Source of the DNA: Octopus bimaculoides
Taxonomy: Eukaryota
Direction: 5' to 3'
Assembly (NCBI RefSeq): GCF_001194135.2
Contig: NC_068986.1
Location: 89,371,186-89,414,339 of the forward strand
Length of the DNA stretch: 43,154 nucleotides
In this document: piece by piece, positions 10,761-22,330 of the stretch
Layout of the letters: each line of letters opens with the position of its first letter
Numbering within the stretch: the first letter of the stretch is position 1
Translations under genes and position numbers: made by a program
The notes under the pieces: model-generated
Told to the model about the DNA's origin: nothing
What the model saw: only the letters and a program-made list of their open reading frames with translations
The model's database searches: none

Positions 10761-13195
10761 CTTTGACCACCGAGCAGATGCCGCTGTGCATTGCAGCGAT
10801 CCAACCTCTGAAGACGGGGCCGAAACCAGCTGCCTTGCGGACAGCTTCTATGTATCGATGGTCGACCCTATCGAATGTTTTCGATTGATCTAAGTTGATC
10901 AGAGCCCCACTGAAGCCAGGTTTACACCCTACCCTTTCTATGATGTATCGCATGAGGTGCAGATTGTCGTGTATGAACCTGGCCAGAATTGCGCAGGTTT
11001 GTGCTTCCCCAACCAATTCCTTGACGACAAGCGCCAATATCTTCGCTAACACCTTGGCAAAAAACTTAAACTCTGTGTTCAGCAGAGTTACGGGCCTGAA
11101 GTTATCTAATGTGACCTTCTTGTTTTTGTCTTCCCTTATCAGCGTCACTATACCCCGGCTCACAAAACAGGGAATAATCTCGTTTTGCTGCCAGTTGCGG
11201 TAAAGCGCTTCGACGAGATTAGAGAACAGGTCTGGCATATTCACGTAAAACTCGTAAGACAGACTCTCCAAACCGGATGACTTGCGCCTCATGCAACCGA
11301 CAAAGGCATTCTGAATTTCGGCAAAATTTCACAGCCCTCAGTCCAATACCATCTCTGACTCGCCACTCTCACTGAACAACTGGCGAAAGGTTTCATGCAT
11401 CTGCCTGCAATCGCTCAACTCGTATCCGTCTCGGTTCGTCAAACATCGAATTGTCGTTTTGCTATTCTTTCTATTTTTTCTAACGTTACTTCTTTGCTAA
11501 ACCCTATCGATATTACTCTAATCTCTCTTTTGAGAGCCACCCACCACCTGTTGTTCATGACCTCCCCACTGTCAACTTTTACTTAACTAAATTGTTGACC
11601 TGGTCCCTGTAAGCTTTCCGGACCGGAAATGATATATTCAACTTCCAGTACCCGGGTCCTAACTTATTTGTCTTATCTAGGTCGACCGTAAGATTACAAA
11701 ATTACGATCCGAATAGGCGACCGTTTTAAAAGTAGACATCCTACACTATTACTTTCTATCTTCCTAGTGAAAATCCTATCTAAATACGATCTAGATGACC
11801 CTAAGCGGTTGGTCCAGGTCCACACTGGTGCATTAGGAAAATCTCATCGATATCTCTCAGACAGTCGGAACTGGCTGATCAGGTGCTTGAGGCTTTTGCA
11901 CACCCCACTTCTATCAGCACTCCTACACAATTCCAGTGGGCATCTAAGATTCCAGGGCGAGACGTACCCAGAAAGGCTTCCACACGCCTAAAGAAATCCG
12001 GCCGTTTGGCTCCGGTATGGGCATAGATGACCACCAGTCTAAAGATATCACCTTCGCTATTGCTCACGGCCTGGAAGGTCGACTTTACTTCAAAATTCAG
12101 TTCTTTCCTAAACAGCACTCCCACCTTGCCTCCCATCCCCGGCCAACTAACCGATGCAGAGATCTGATAGTCGTCGAAAATGGGGCTAGTGCGCATGTAT
12201 TGGAAATCTGGTCTCACAGAGCAATTACATTCAATTCTAGAGACCTGAGATCATTGAGCAGGCGCCCCTGCTTCCAATGCGTCCCCAGGCCTCGAATATT
12301 TATACTTCCAACTCTTAATATAGCCACGTTGACAAGCTAAAAGGAGACGTCTTGCAAAGGACGGGTGGTTCGACTGCTATGATTGGTGGGGTTTATATTA
12401 GGAACCCCTTTAAGAGTCTCGATGTGGGTTTCACGTTCGGGGTCCCCACGTCCCCAGGAAAGCCCCCTCAAATTTTTGTGTATGAATCGAGCGGCATTCA
12501 CACCAGAAGCAAATCTTCTGGTACGTGTAATTTACTCGATTCGAAAATAACCTCCTGTTTCAAATTCATAGTTTTGTGTTACGAGGGACATCAGTTCCTT
12601 GCTGTCCCTTCTTATGAGAACGAAGTTGGGTGTTGCTTTACTTGTTCGCATGAATGCGGTGGTGGTGGTGGTGGTATTGTCGTTGTTGCTCCGGTTGTGT
12701 CTGTGTTTTCTTTGAGTATGGTATCTGCAGTTTCAAATGTTTGTGTGAGTGTTTGTTCCTGTGTCTGTTCAGGATATTTGCGTTTGGGAGATTCTGGTTG
12801 TGTTGGTGTTGGTGCTATCAAGAAGATGTTTGCGTGGGTGGTGTCTGTATTTTTTATTGTTGGTGTTGTTATGCTTTGTGGAGTTTTTCGTTAGTGCTTT
12901 CTTTTTTTGTGTTTTGGGGCATTTTGGTTTTCGTTCATCTTCACTACAGGAAGATGAGAGGTCGATGGCTGTAAGTGCGCCTGTGTTTGTGCGTATGTTT
13001 ATATTCTTATTTATGTGTGTATTTATTGGTGTAGGGGATTGGGGAGAGCTTTCCTCGTTTCACTCTAGAGTGTTTAATGTCTTTGATAGTGTTTCGTTTG
13101 TTGTTGCTGGCGATTTTGCCGGTCCTGGTGCTGGTGCTGGTGCTGGTGTTCGTTGTGATCCTGTTTCCTGTGTAGGCAGCAGTGGCGGCCTCTGA
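10758..13195 (-). mobile_element. Tx1/L1-clade LINE: partial ORF1, APE endonuclease and RT N-half, decayed and 3'-truncated
   Basis: ORF2 start LRVGSINIRGL near 12327; APE segments GVGVLFRK-like and LVVIYA. RT motifs NFRPVTLLNTEFKFFAKVLA, IHDNLHLMRYII, LINLDQSKTFDRVDHRY, FGPVFRGWI. Upstream T/P-rich low-complexity ORF1-like frame. Confidence 0.85.
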
Positions 13196-13374
13196 CCCCT
13201 TGGAAATTTTATTAATTTAGGGCAGAAGGTTTGCAAATGAGTGGTTTCTCCACAAACGAAACAATACGGCCTTTTGCCTTGTCATTATGTGCAATGTGTG
13301 TGTGTGAAAGAGAGAGAGAGAGAGAGTATGTGTGTGTTTATGTGTGTGTGTGCGTGTGAGAGAGAGAGAGAGAA

Positions 13375-13461
<87 letters not shown>

Positions 13462-13766
13462 GTTCTTTAATATAGCCGGCTTTAACCGCCGATTTATGCA
13501 TATTTATGATTGTGATGCTGTTGATGGCTCTCAATTATAAAATGGAAAAGTGCACACTAACAGTAACAATGATGATGGTCCGTAGCGGACGAATCGGTTA
13601 CAGAGCGGTTACAACAGCAGCACAACAATATTAGTTTTAACAACAAACAATTGTGCATCGCAGCCCTAACTGGTGATCAATTTTGTATCAATATTCCTTT
13701 CAGTGATGAAGATAAAGCCCTCGGAACAATTAGCTAAATCGCTATTCTAATTAAATTAATTCCCTC

Positions 13767-14040
13767 GTCCAATCAGTTACATTAATAACCCGTCCACGGA
13801 CACATGACATTCTGTCACACTTCCGTTGGTAATAATGAAGTAGTGCATTCAGTTCGACCAATCACAATGGTTCTCTTGTGGCAGCTACGGAAAGAAAATG
13901 GATAGTTTGCTGTTCTTGTTTTCTAAGTGTTATAACATGGGTGTGATTAAGAAGATCGATATGCGACTGTGCGATTCCAGCTTCGGTCCTACAGAACAGA
14001 AGTTAATTGTTATTACCGTAAAGTAGGCCGCGATTGGTCG
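13767..14040. promoter_or_regulatory. Candidate cis-regulatory cluster (three NF-Y-type CCAAT boxes plus an ETS-like site)
   Basis: GTCCAATCAG 13767-13776, GACCAATCAC 13856-13865, CGATTGGTCG 14031-14040 and ACTTCCG 13819-13825, in non-repetitive-looking, relatively CpG-containing sequence. No linked transcript is evident. Confidence 0.25.
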
Positions 14041-14189
14041 AGAAAGGTCACACATACACACACCCATGCTTGTGCACTCACACGCGCGCGTGCACAAGTA
14101 TACACGCGCAAAACAAGCGTTGGGCATTGGAACGGGGCTTGGGGTTTTTGTTGATTTGCTCGATTTCACCTTTGTGTTTAAGGGAAAGC

Positions 14190-14604
14190 TTGGTCATTTT
14201 GGCTGCTATGTTAGCGTGCTGCTACTGCCTCTTAGTAAGACAGATGCAGCAGAAGTGCTATGAGCAGAATATTGACCTTGTCCAGATATTCATTGATTTA
14301 ACAAAGGCCTTTGGTACTGTAAATAGGGCCTTTCTACGGAAAATACTTGGCGAACTTGGATGTCCGGAACACCTTGTATCTATAATTAAATCATTTCATG
14401 ATGGGATGGAGACTTAGGTCAATGTTGGTGGTAACATGGCGGGACCCATTCCTATAGAGAAAGGTGTCAAGCAGGGTGACATCCTTTCCCCAACTCTCTT
14501 TTCTTGGTACTTTGCTGCTGCTTTTACTAATGCTTTTGCTAAGGTTAGCTCTCTGGGAATATATGTCAGATATCGATCTTCTGGCCACCTCTTTAATCTT
14601 TGCC
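14190..14604 (+). mobile_element. RTE-clade (BovB-like) LINE reverse transcriptase fragment
   Basis: RQMQQKCYEQN..FIDLTKAFGTVNR..ILGELGCP..IIKSFHDGM, GVKQGDILSPTLF and GIYVRYRSSGHLFNL are typical RTE RT motifs; one in-frame stop; cut off by the family-B SINE. Confidence 0.9.
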
Positions 14605-14880
14605 GAAACAAGCCCGTCGTATATATGTATATATGTGTATACATATATGTATGCGTGTGTATAAGTTTGTGTGTCTGTGTTTTCCCATCCACATCGCTTG
14701 ACAACCGATGCTGGTGTGTTTACATCCCCGTAACTTAGCGGTTCGGCAAAAGTGACCGATAGAATAAGTACTAGGCTTATACAGAATAAGTCCTGGGGTC
14801 GATTTGCTCGACAAAAGGCGATGCTCCAGCATGGCCACAGTCAAATGACTGAAACAAGTAAAAGTGTAAAAGAGTATAAA
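14605..14880 (+). mobile_element. SINE-like family B copy with internal TA/TG microsatellite
   Basis: GAAACAAGCCCGTCGT, then (TA/TG)n, then the conserved 3' module; same order as 34564-34865. Confidence 0.8.
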
Positions 14881-15383
14881 AACGGACAGGAGCACAATCA
14901 GTAGTTTTTACTGCATTCTTGATTTTAAGAAAAATCGTATTTTTTACAAACGTTCACTACGTTACAAAAGCTATATTAACTTGGTAAATGGCTTCCCTAA
15001 CTGCATTAAAAACATAACATGATTTGATCACTATTTCAAAAAATCATCACCGATCTCTTTGACAAATTTGGCTGGGACAAAATGAGTAAACCAGGTTAAG
15101 GCAAGTTTGCGCTTGAATTCTCCAAAATTACATTTGAAAACAGACTTATACACATCAATATTCAACTCTAGATATCAGAAAGATCAGAAATGCAAGACAA
15201 AAACAAAAAAAAAATTAAATATCCAAATCAAACGAAAGAAGATCAAGGAAGAATAGCACTTGATATGAAATTAACGAAACTCGACCAAAAACAAAATCAG
15301 CATAAAATATTCTCTATAGCTTCTTCACGATCTGATGAAATGTCTCACTTCATGATATATTTACTCACCAAGTAGTTAAGGAG

Positions 15384-15762
15384 AGTGGGGGGCGCTATGG
15401 CCCAGTGGTTAGGGCAGCGGACTCGCGGTCATAAGATCGCGGTTTCGATTCCCAGGCCGGGCGTTGTGAGTGCTTATTGAGCGAAAACACCTAAACCTCC
15501 ACGAGGCTTAGGCAGACGATGGTGACGAATTCTGCTGTACTCTTTCACCACAACTTTCTCTCACTCTTACTTCCTGTTTCTGTTGTGCCTGTAATTCAAA
15601 GGGTCAGCCTTGTCACGCTGAATATCCCCAAGAACTACGTTAAGGGTACACGTGTCTGTGGAGTGCTCAGCCACTTGCACGTTAACTTCACCAGCAGGCT
15701 GTTCCGTTGATCGGATCAACTGGAACCCTCAACGTCGTAAGCGACGGAGTTGCAACAACAAC
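15384..15762 (+). mobile_element. Full-length tRNA-derived SINE (family A) with 10-bp TSD
   Basis: A-box TGGCCCAGTGG 15398-15408, B-box-like GGTTTCGATTCCC 15441-15453, conserved central domain and (AAC)n tail. TSD AGTTAAGGAG 15374-15383 versus AGTTAAAGAG 15763-15772 (9/10). Confidence 0.9.
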
Positions 15763-16107
15763 AGTTAAAGAGAAGAAATTACTGAAATTAGTAATTACTC
15801 ATTTTACCCCATTTTACACATTCTTTTGAAGCTTGAAAATTATCAAATTAGTATGGGGAGAAAATGGACTTGGAATCCAACAGAGAAAAGAATATTGATT
15901 GTTTAACACCAAAAATTATCCCGATATTTAATAGCAGCCTCAATTACAATCAGGTCAAAATTGAGGAAAAAATTCTTATAAAAAAGTACCTGATACCGGA
16001 TTATGTTTCGAATTCTCTCACCTTCGACAACTACACTGACCAATTTTTAGTCCCAAAGATAATTCAATAATTGCAATGCAATAACTTCAAAGTGGTAGTG
16101 AGAAAAT

Positions 16108-16400
16108 GGTAATTTTTCATATTAACACCCCGCGATCTTCACTAGGATATTAGGGTTAGTTTTAGGGTTAGGGCTACGGTTACGGTTAGGGTTTAATGTT
16201 AGGGTTACGGTTACAGGTTAGAATTAGGGTTAGGGTTTTAGGGTTAGGGTTAGGGAATTCCGTCCCTGACCCCAACCCTAATCCTAACCCTAACCCTAAG
16301 CCCTAACCCTGACCCTAACCCTAAAACCCTAACCCTGACCCTAAAATCCTAACTCTAACACCCTAGTGAAGATCGTGCAGATGTTAATCTGAAAAATTAC
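16108..16400. mobile_element. Foldback/MITE (Mutator-like by TSD length) with inverted telomere-like TTAGGG/CCCTAA interior
   Basis: Terminal inverted arms GTAATTTTTCATATTAACA..GATCTTCACTAGG and CCTAGTGAAGATC..TGTTAATCTGAAAAATTAC; central GGAATTCC at 16254-16261; direct repeat TGAGAAAAT at 16099-16107 and 16401-16409. Confidence 0.8.
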
Positions 16401-16654
16401 TGAGAAAATAACGAGATATCGGAAATTACACATTTTACCCTGTTACTAATTTCCCCCACCCCCAGCAATACATATATATGTGTGTGTTTGTGCGTGTGTG
16501 TGTGTGTGTGTGTGTGTATTCACACACATACAGACACACACACACTCATGTCTATGTATGTACGCAAACACAGAGATATAGTATTTTTAACTATCGACTC
16601 TCACGATTTCGACTTACAAGTTGAGTGGTTGTTTGTATGTGAGTGTGAATGTGA

Positions 16655-16763
<109 letters not shown>

Positions 16764-17382
16764 AGTGTAATCGAGATAGAGAGAGAGATAAGAGATAAGA
16801 TGTACAGAGATATATTGGACCGAATTAGTTAAAAGATATAATTTGAGACTTCGTTCAATATTTTTTAACGAATTTAATAAGGTCGCGTACTTTTATATTC
16901 AGTTTAAACTTTAGATGGCTTCTCCGCGAATAGAACAACGTCGAACAACGTCAATACCTAAAACTGATACCAATTTCCTCTTTAGAAAGCGGTCTTTTCA
17001 GCTTTGTGATAAATGACTTGACCAAGTACAATTTTATAGGTATTAAAGGAATAATGAATACTTTCAAGTGAATTGATAAGGTACTTTGCCTTCAATGCTG
17101 ACTTTAGATAACTTCGCGAAGATTTCGAAGATCAAGCGAACGTGATTTCACTCTCAGCATTTAGCAGACGATATCTGCTGTTGAACTATCGTCTGCTATC
17201 GTCTGCTCCGAACCAGAAAAATCCGGTTGATTCTGGATGATTTCAGTTGAAACGTTGTTTGTAAAATAACTGTGTCTGTGTGAGTGTGTGTGAGAAAGAG
17301 AGAGAGGGAGAGAGAGAGAGAGGGGGAGAGAGAAACAGATAGACAGACAGAAAGTGAGTGAGTGTGTGAATGAATGAGTGAG

Positions 17383-17419
<37 letters not shown>

Positions 17420-18004
17420 AAGACAGAGGGAGACGGGAGAGAAATAATGATAGGTAAGTGAAGGGGAGAAAGACAGTGTAAAAGGGTAAGTGGAAACTGG
17501 AAAATAGAAAAGTATATAAAACATAGGGAGATAGGGAAGACAGGGAGAGAGCGCGAGAGGAGACGTGAGCAAAAGAGTGATAGGAGAAAGACAGAGTAAA
17601 AGAATGAGTCGCAAACAGGAAAATAGAAAGTGTCAATGATAAAGAGTCAGGGAGGAGAGAGGAAGAGAGAAAGGAACAGAGAAAGGGAGAGGGAGAGAGA
17701 GAGAAGGAAAAGGAGGAGGACTAGGAGGAGGAGGTCGAGGATGAGGAGGAGGTGGAGGTTTGACTTAATCATAAAAATGTATGATATTATGGGGTCTGCT
17801 ACTTTCATTGATTTGCTTATGGATATAATTGTGTGTTAATTTAAATAGCATTAATTTATATGTGTACGTAGTGCTTTTTTTTAATGTTCATACAGAATTC
17901 CAAAAATATATCGGACTGAACCAATGAACGTAAATCAAAGAAAAACACAAAGAAAAAAGAAAAACAAAAAAAAGTAATATATACTGTCTCTGCTTCTTAT
18001 CCAA

Positions 18005-18270
18005 AGTGGTCCACCGTTTTTAAGACGGCAACGTGTGATATGGAGGAAAAAAGAAACTGTTCGCCCGAACTACCGATTTGTTGTTGCTGTATAAAGCATT
18101 GACCCAGCCGCTGAATGTCAGGCTAAAACCAGTCACCTCGAGAACCGTCGTCACATACCGATTGTCTACACTATCAAATGCTTTAAATTGGCCTAAATGG
18201 ACCAACGTCCCACCCTTGCCAAAATTCCTTGCTTTGTTTACTAATTTTATAATTTTAAAAAGGGCCAACA
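18005..18270 (-). mobile_element. Second Tx1/L1-clade RT fragment
   Basis: GTLVHLGQFKAFDSVDNRYVTTVLEVTGFSLTFSGWVNALYS..SVVRAN aligns with ALINLDQSKTFDRVDHRYIEAVRKAAGFGPVFRGWIAAMHS..SVVKV of the 10758 element. Confidence 0.75.
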
Positions 18271-19421
18271 CAAATCCGAGAAAGCAATGGAGCGATGGAG
18301 ATGACGATTTTTGCACAGCGTAAAAAGAAAGGAATTCGAAGCCTCAATCAGCTATAGTGAACGGAATTGACTGCTGCTTTATAAACGCTTGGCTCAGGAC
18401 AATAGATGTTGAAACGGAAAAACAAATGCAGATACTTCACTCGATTTGTTGATTGGTCGCAGCTACATCGATTCCCATGGTTTAAGTATAAATATTGCAT
18501 GGCGATTTTTTTTTTCATTTATTTGTTCAAAGATAGGCTTAAGGTCGACAAGTGTGCACTAAAGTCTCTTGCAAACATTTTCACAACCCATGTTAACACA
18601 CGCCCCACCCTAATTTCAGTAATAATTTTACCAGGTAGTCATGATCGAAATTGCATTTACTGCGGTCTAGATATTAACACACTACACGACGGTACAAAAG
18701 AGGGATGTATATTATACTTGATGGTATATTTTTGCGAGTGTGGATGGATATTGGTTATGCGATGTCGCCGATCGCAAGCATATTGTGAAATACTCGTAAA
18801 TTTATCCTATGGAATATTACTCCTGATGAGATCAGTAAGTGAAACATTTTAAATTTTACTTTAAGCTTGAATTCGATCGGGTATGGAGTTAACCAACCTT
18901 GTTGATTCATTATTTTCCCTTTGTCTGCCTTACAATATAGTGTGTTATTCTCGGAGATTTTAAGGTAGTAATAGTGACTTTAGCGTCAGTTTCTTGCAGT
19001 GCGCGGTGAGGCGTAAAGCCGATCCCTTGTTATAATTATGTATATAATTATAAAATATTTTGTAAAATTTACCTATGAGGTTTTTTTTATTTCCGAACTG
19101 ACTAGAAAAATTATTATTGGTTTTACCCTTTTATTATAATTAATATTTGAATATATATACATACATNNNNNNNNNNNNNNNNNNNNNNNNNNNNNNNNNN
19201 NNNNNNNNNNNNNNNNNNNNNNNNNNNNNNNNNNNNNNNNNNNNNNNNNNNNNNNNNNNNNNNNNNNNNNNNNNNNNNNNNNNNNNNNNNNNNNNNNNNN
19301 NNNNNNNNNNNNNNNNNNNNNNNNNNNNNNNNNNNNNNNNNNNNNNNNNNNNNNNNNNNNNNNNNNNNNNNNNNNNNNNNNNNNNNNNNNNNNNNNNNNN
19401 NNNNNNNNNNNNNNNNNNNNN

Positions 19422-19452
<31 letters not shown>

Positions 19453-20473
19453 GTATATTTATACATATATATATATCTATATATATTACACGCACACACA
19501 CGCACACACATTTGCACGCATATACACACACACACATACACACACACATACACTCACACACACACACAAACATACCTGCACGCATATCCATTTCCCCTCA
19601 CGCAAACATATAATGTGTTTACTGTTAACTTCCTAAACAAAATATATACTCACATACACTTCTATAGGCACACTCTCAGACATGTACATAACAGCAGTGT
19701 TACATACAGATACATACGCTCTCGGTTTGGTTATAACATATGAAGATATGAAAATAATCCTTTATAAACAGATTCATATATTTTCGAATTTATCAGAAGA
19801 CATTAGATAACAATTGAAGTATGGTAAATGGGTTCTGTGTTGGTAGGGCGCCTGCGTGGTCGAGTGTTTGTTGTGGTCGGGTAGATATGAGTGTGGTGGA
19901 TAGCTGGAAGAGTGTGTGGGTAAGGGTGGAGATAGGCGTTATTAAAAGCTTTAATAGATTAATTGAATGTTCGAGGAAAAATTTATCTGGAGCGAGAGAA
20001 ACCAAATATTTAAAACTTTCCTAATGAAATTATTAACGTAGATAAGAGAAGAGAATGACGTTGGTGTTGTTGTTGTTGTTGTTGTTTCCATTGTTGTCAT
20101 TTTAGTAGTTTTTGTTGTTGTTGTTGTTGCTATTGCCATTTATGTGTTGTTGGTAACGTTTCTGCTGTTACTGTCGTTGTTGCGATTGTTAACGTTGTCG
20201 ATGTCGGCAATATTGTTAGTTGCTGATGGTGATGATGGTGGCGGCGGCGGCGTCGGGGCTGTTATTGTTGGGTACTTTTTTAGTTATTGTTGTTCATAGT
20301 GATGATGGCGGTGCTAGAGGCGTGTTGGTGTTATCGTTACTGTTGCTAACACAGTGCTTGTTGTAATACTTCATGATGTAATTATTTTCCTTATGAATCT
20401 AATTATATCATTGTGGTCGTATTGTTATTAACAATGTTTATGTCGTTGTTCTCGCCCATGTTATTCTGTTGCT

Positions 20474-20475
<2 letters not shown>

Positions 20476-20516
<41 letters not shown>

Positions 20517-20762
20517 CAGGAGAGGGTGGAGAAGAGGGAGAGGGAAGAGGAGGAAGAAGAGGAGGAGGAGGAGGAGGAGGGAGAAGAAGAAGAAGAAGAA
20601 GGAGAAGAAGAAGAAGAAGAAGAAGAAGAAGAAGAAGAGGAAGGAGAAGAAGAAGAAGAGGAAGGAGAAGAAGAAGAAGGGGAAGAAGAAGAACAAGAAC
20701 AACAACAACAACAACAACAACAACAAAAAGAAGAAGAAGAAGAAGAAGAAGAGGAGGAGGAG
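20476..20762. repeat. Compound trinucleotide array AGT-AGG-AGA-AAC-AGA-AGG
   Basis: Read directly. Confidence 0.95.
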
Positions 20763-21501
20763 CCACTGCAATGGTAACTTTTGTTTTTCTTCGTTTCATC
20801 GCAGTCAGGATTCATACACACACATATACATGTGCACACACGCATACACACACACACAGATTTTGCATCTATACATACATACATATATATAAAATACATC
20901 GATACATCATCAGCCTTGTGCCCTAGAATCAAAAGCTGTTTCCGGTCTTACAGCATACACTTCTCATTATAGCATCCCGACAGACACTGAACTAGTTTCG
21001 ATTCTGTCCAAGAGAAATTTCACTCCATATTTCACCGGATTTTATCCAGAACCTATATATTTATCTGCAGTTCGTCATGGCCCTTCTTTATCTGTAATGC
21101 TGAATGTTACCTCGGTCTTCTAAAAAGTTTCTGGGTGCTACAGAAATACTAACGTATATACCTACACATTTACATGCATACATACATATGTACACACGCA
21201 CATACGTATGCATATATACGTGTGTGTATCTTAATGTAGGTATGTGCATATATGTATATATACAAACACACCTCTGTGTTTACCTCTGTGAGAGCATCTC
21301 TGTGTGTGCGAACGTGTATGTAATGTGAAATAACCATTAAAAAGATCTATATCTGAATATGATTCCTGAAGAGTATGGACATAATATAAAGTTCGAGAGG
21401 TTGAAATGTGTGTTAAGTATTTCAACGTCTCGGACTTGAGCCTACACACACAAACTCACACAAACGCGCACAAATATTCACACACCTACAGAGATATACA
21501 T

Positions 21502-21553
<52 letters not shown>

Positions 21554-21709
21554 TCACACACGCCCATGTATATGTATTCATAAATTTATAATTAATAATT
21601 AATTATCAATTTATGAATTTGCCTTTTTGGCTTTAATGCTTGCTGGCCACTTATATTATTGTTGTTATTATTAATTAATAATAATTATAATATCTTTATT
21701 GATATATGT

Positions 21710-21712
<3 letters not shown>

Positions 21713-21788
<76 letters not shown>
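21713..21788. repeat. (TA)n microsatellite
   Basis: Read directly. Confidence 0.95.
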
Positions 21789-21791
<3 letters not shown>

Positions 21792-21839
21792 CTGTCGATA
21801 GTAGTAATGCTTTGTGATTAGTTGTTTTCACTCTGCAGT

Positions 21840-22330
21840 ATTCCTTCCACACATTTCCTGCGGATTTTTCCGCTTATATTCCATGTACATCAATGCCTAC
21901 AAGAAATACATTAACAGAAAGGATATTCCAGAACGCTGATATTCCGGGCAAGAGAACGCTGGGCACAATAATTAATGTCAGCCCGCGACCATTCAACTCA
22001 CAAATAGTAATGACTGTTGGAAAGATGAATTGACCATCAGGGATTTAATGTCGATTTATGAGACAAGCCGGCTCCGAGATACAGGAGTCATTTGGTGATG
22101 GTGAAGCCCAGCAGTTGGACCGATTGTGAGTGCTGCTCATGTTTAGTGCGGATGTGTTGTTTTCTTGATATAACCGGAGCGTATTTTTGTTTGTCATGGT
22201 CCTAATGAGAATCTCAAGAATCAGTGCAAGTCTAGCTTGTGTAATGTCTAGGTAATGTATGAATGATAAATTGTTGGGGAAAGTGAGGAATGAAATATCC
22301 TGTCATCTGCACAGAAATGGGTATTTTGGG
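21840..22330 (-). mobile_element. Old CR1/Jockey-group RT C-terminal remnant
   Basis: Minus-strand FCADD (YADD-like), followed at plausible spacing by VQLLGFTITK and MEY-like motifs; many stops. Confidence 0.5.

Noticed and set aside
10804-10830. CTGAAGA..GAAA motif
   Set aside because: Lies within Tx1 RT coding sequence and cannot form stem II.
15384-15460. tRNA gene calls at SINE heads (also 2900-2973, 25042-25120)
   Set aside because: A/B boxes are present but the anticodon and acceptor stems do not pair, and the sequence continues into a shared SINE body with tail and TSD.
16150-16360. True telomere or chromosome-fusion site
   Set aside because: Arrays are short, degenerate and enclosed by inverted termini plus a 9-bp TSD; a transposon explanation is simpler.
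18824-18850. CTGATGA...GAAAC motif (hammerhead or C/D snoRNA)
   Set aside because: No stem II pairing between the motifs, no stem I/III, and no matching D box with terminal stem.
18406-18852. 148-aa plus-strand ORF
   Set aside because: TTG start, composition typical of AT-rich non-coding DNA, and no motif recognised.
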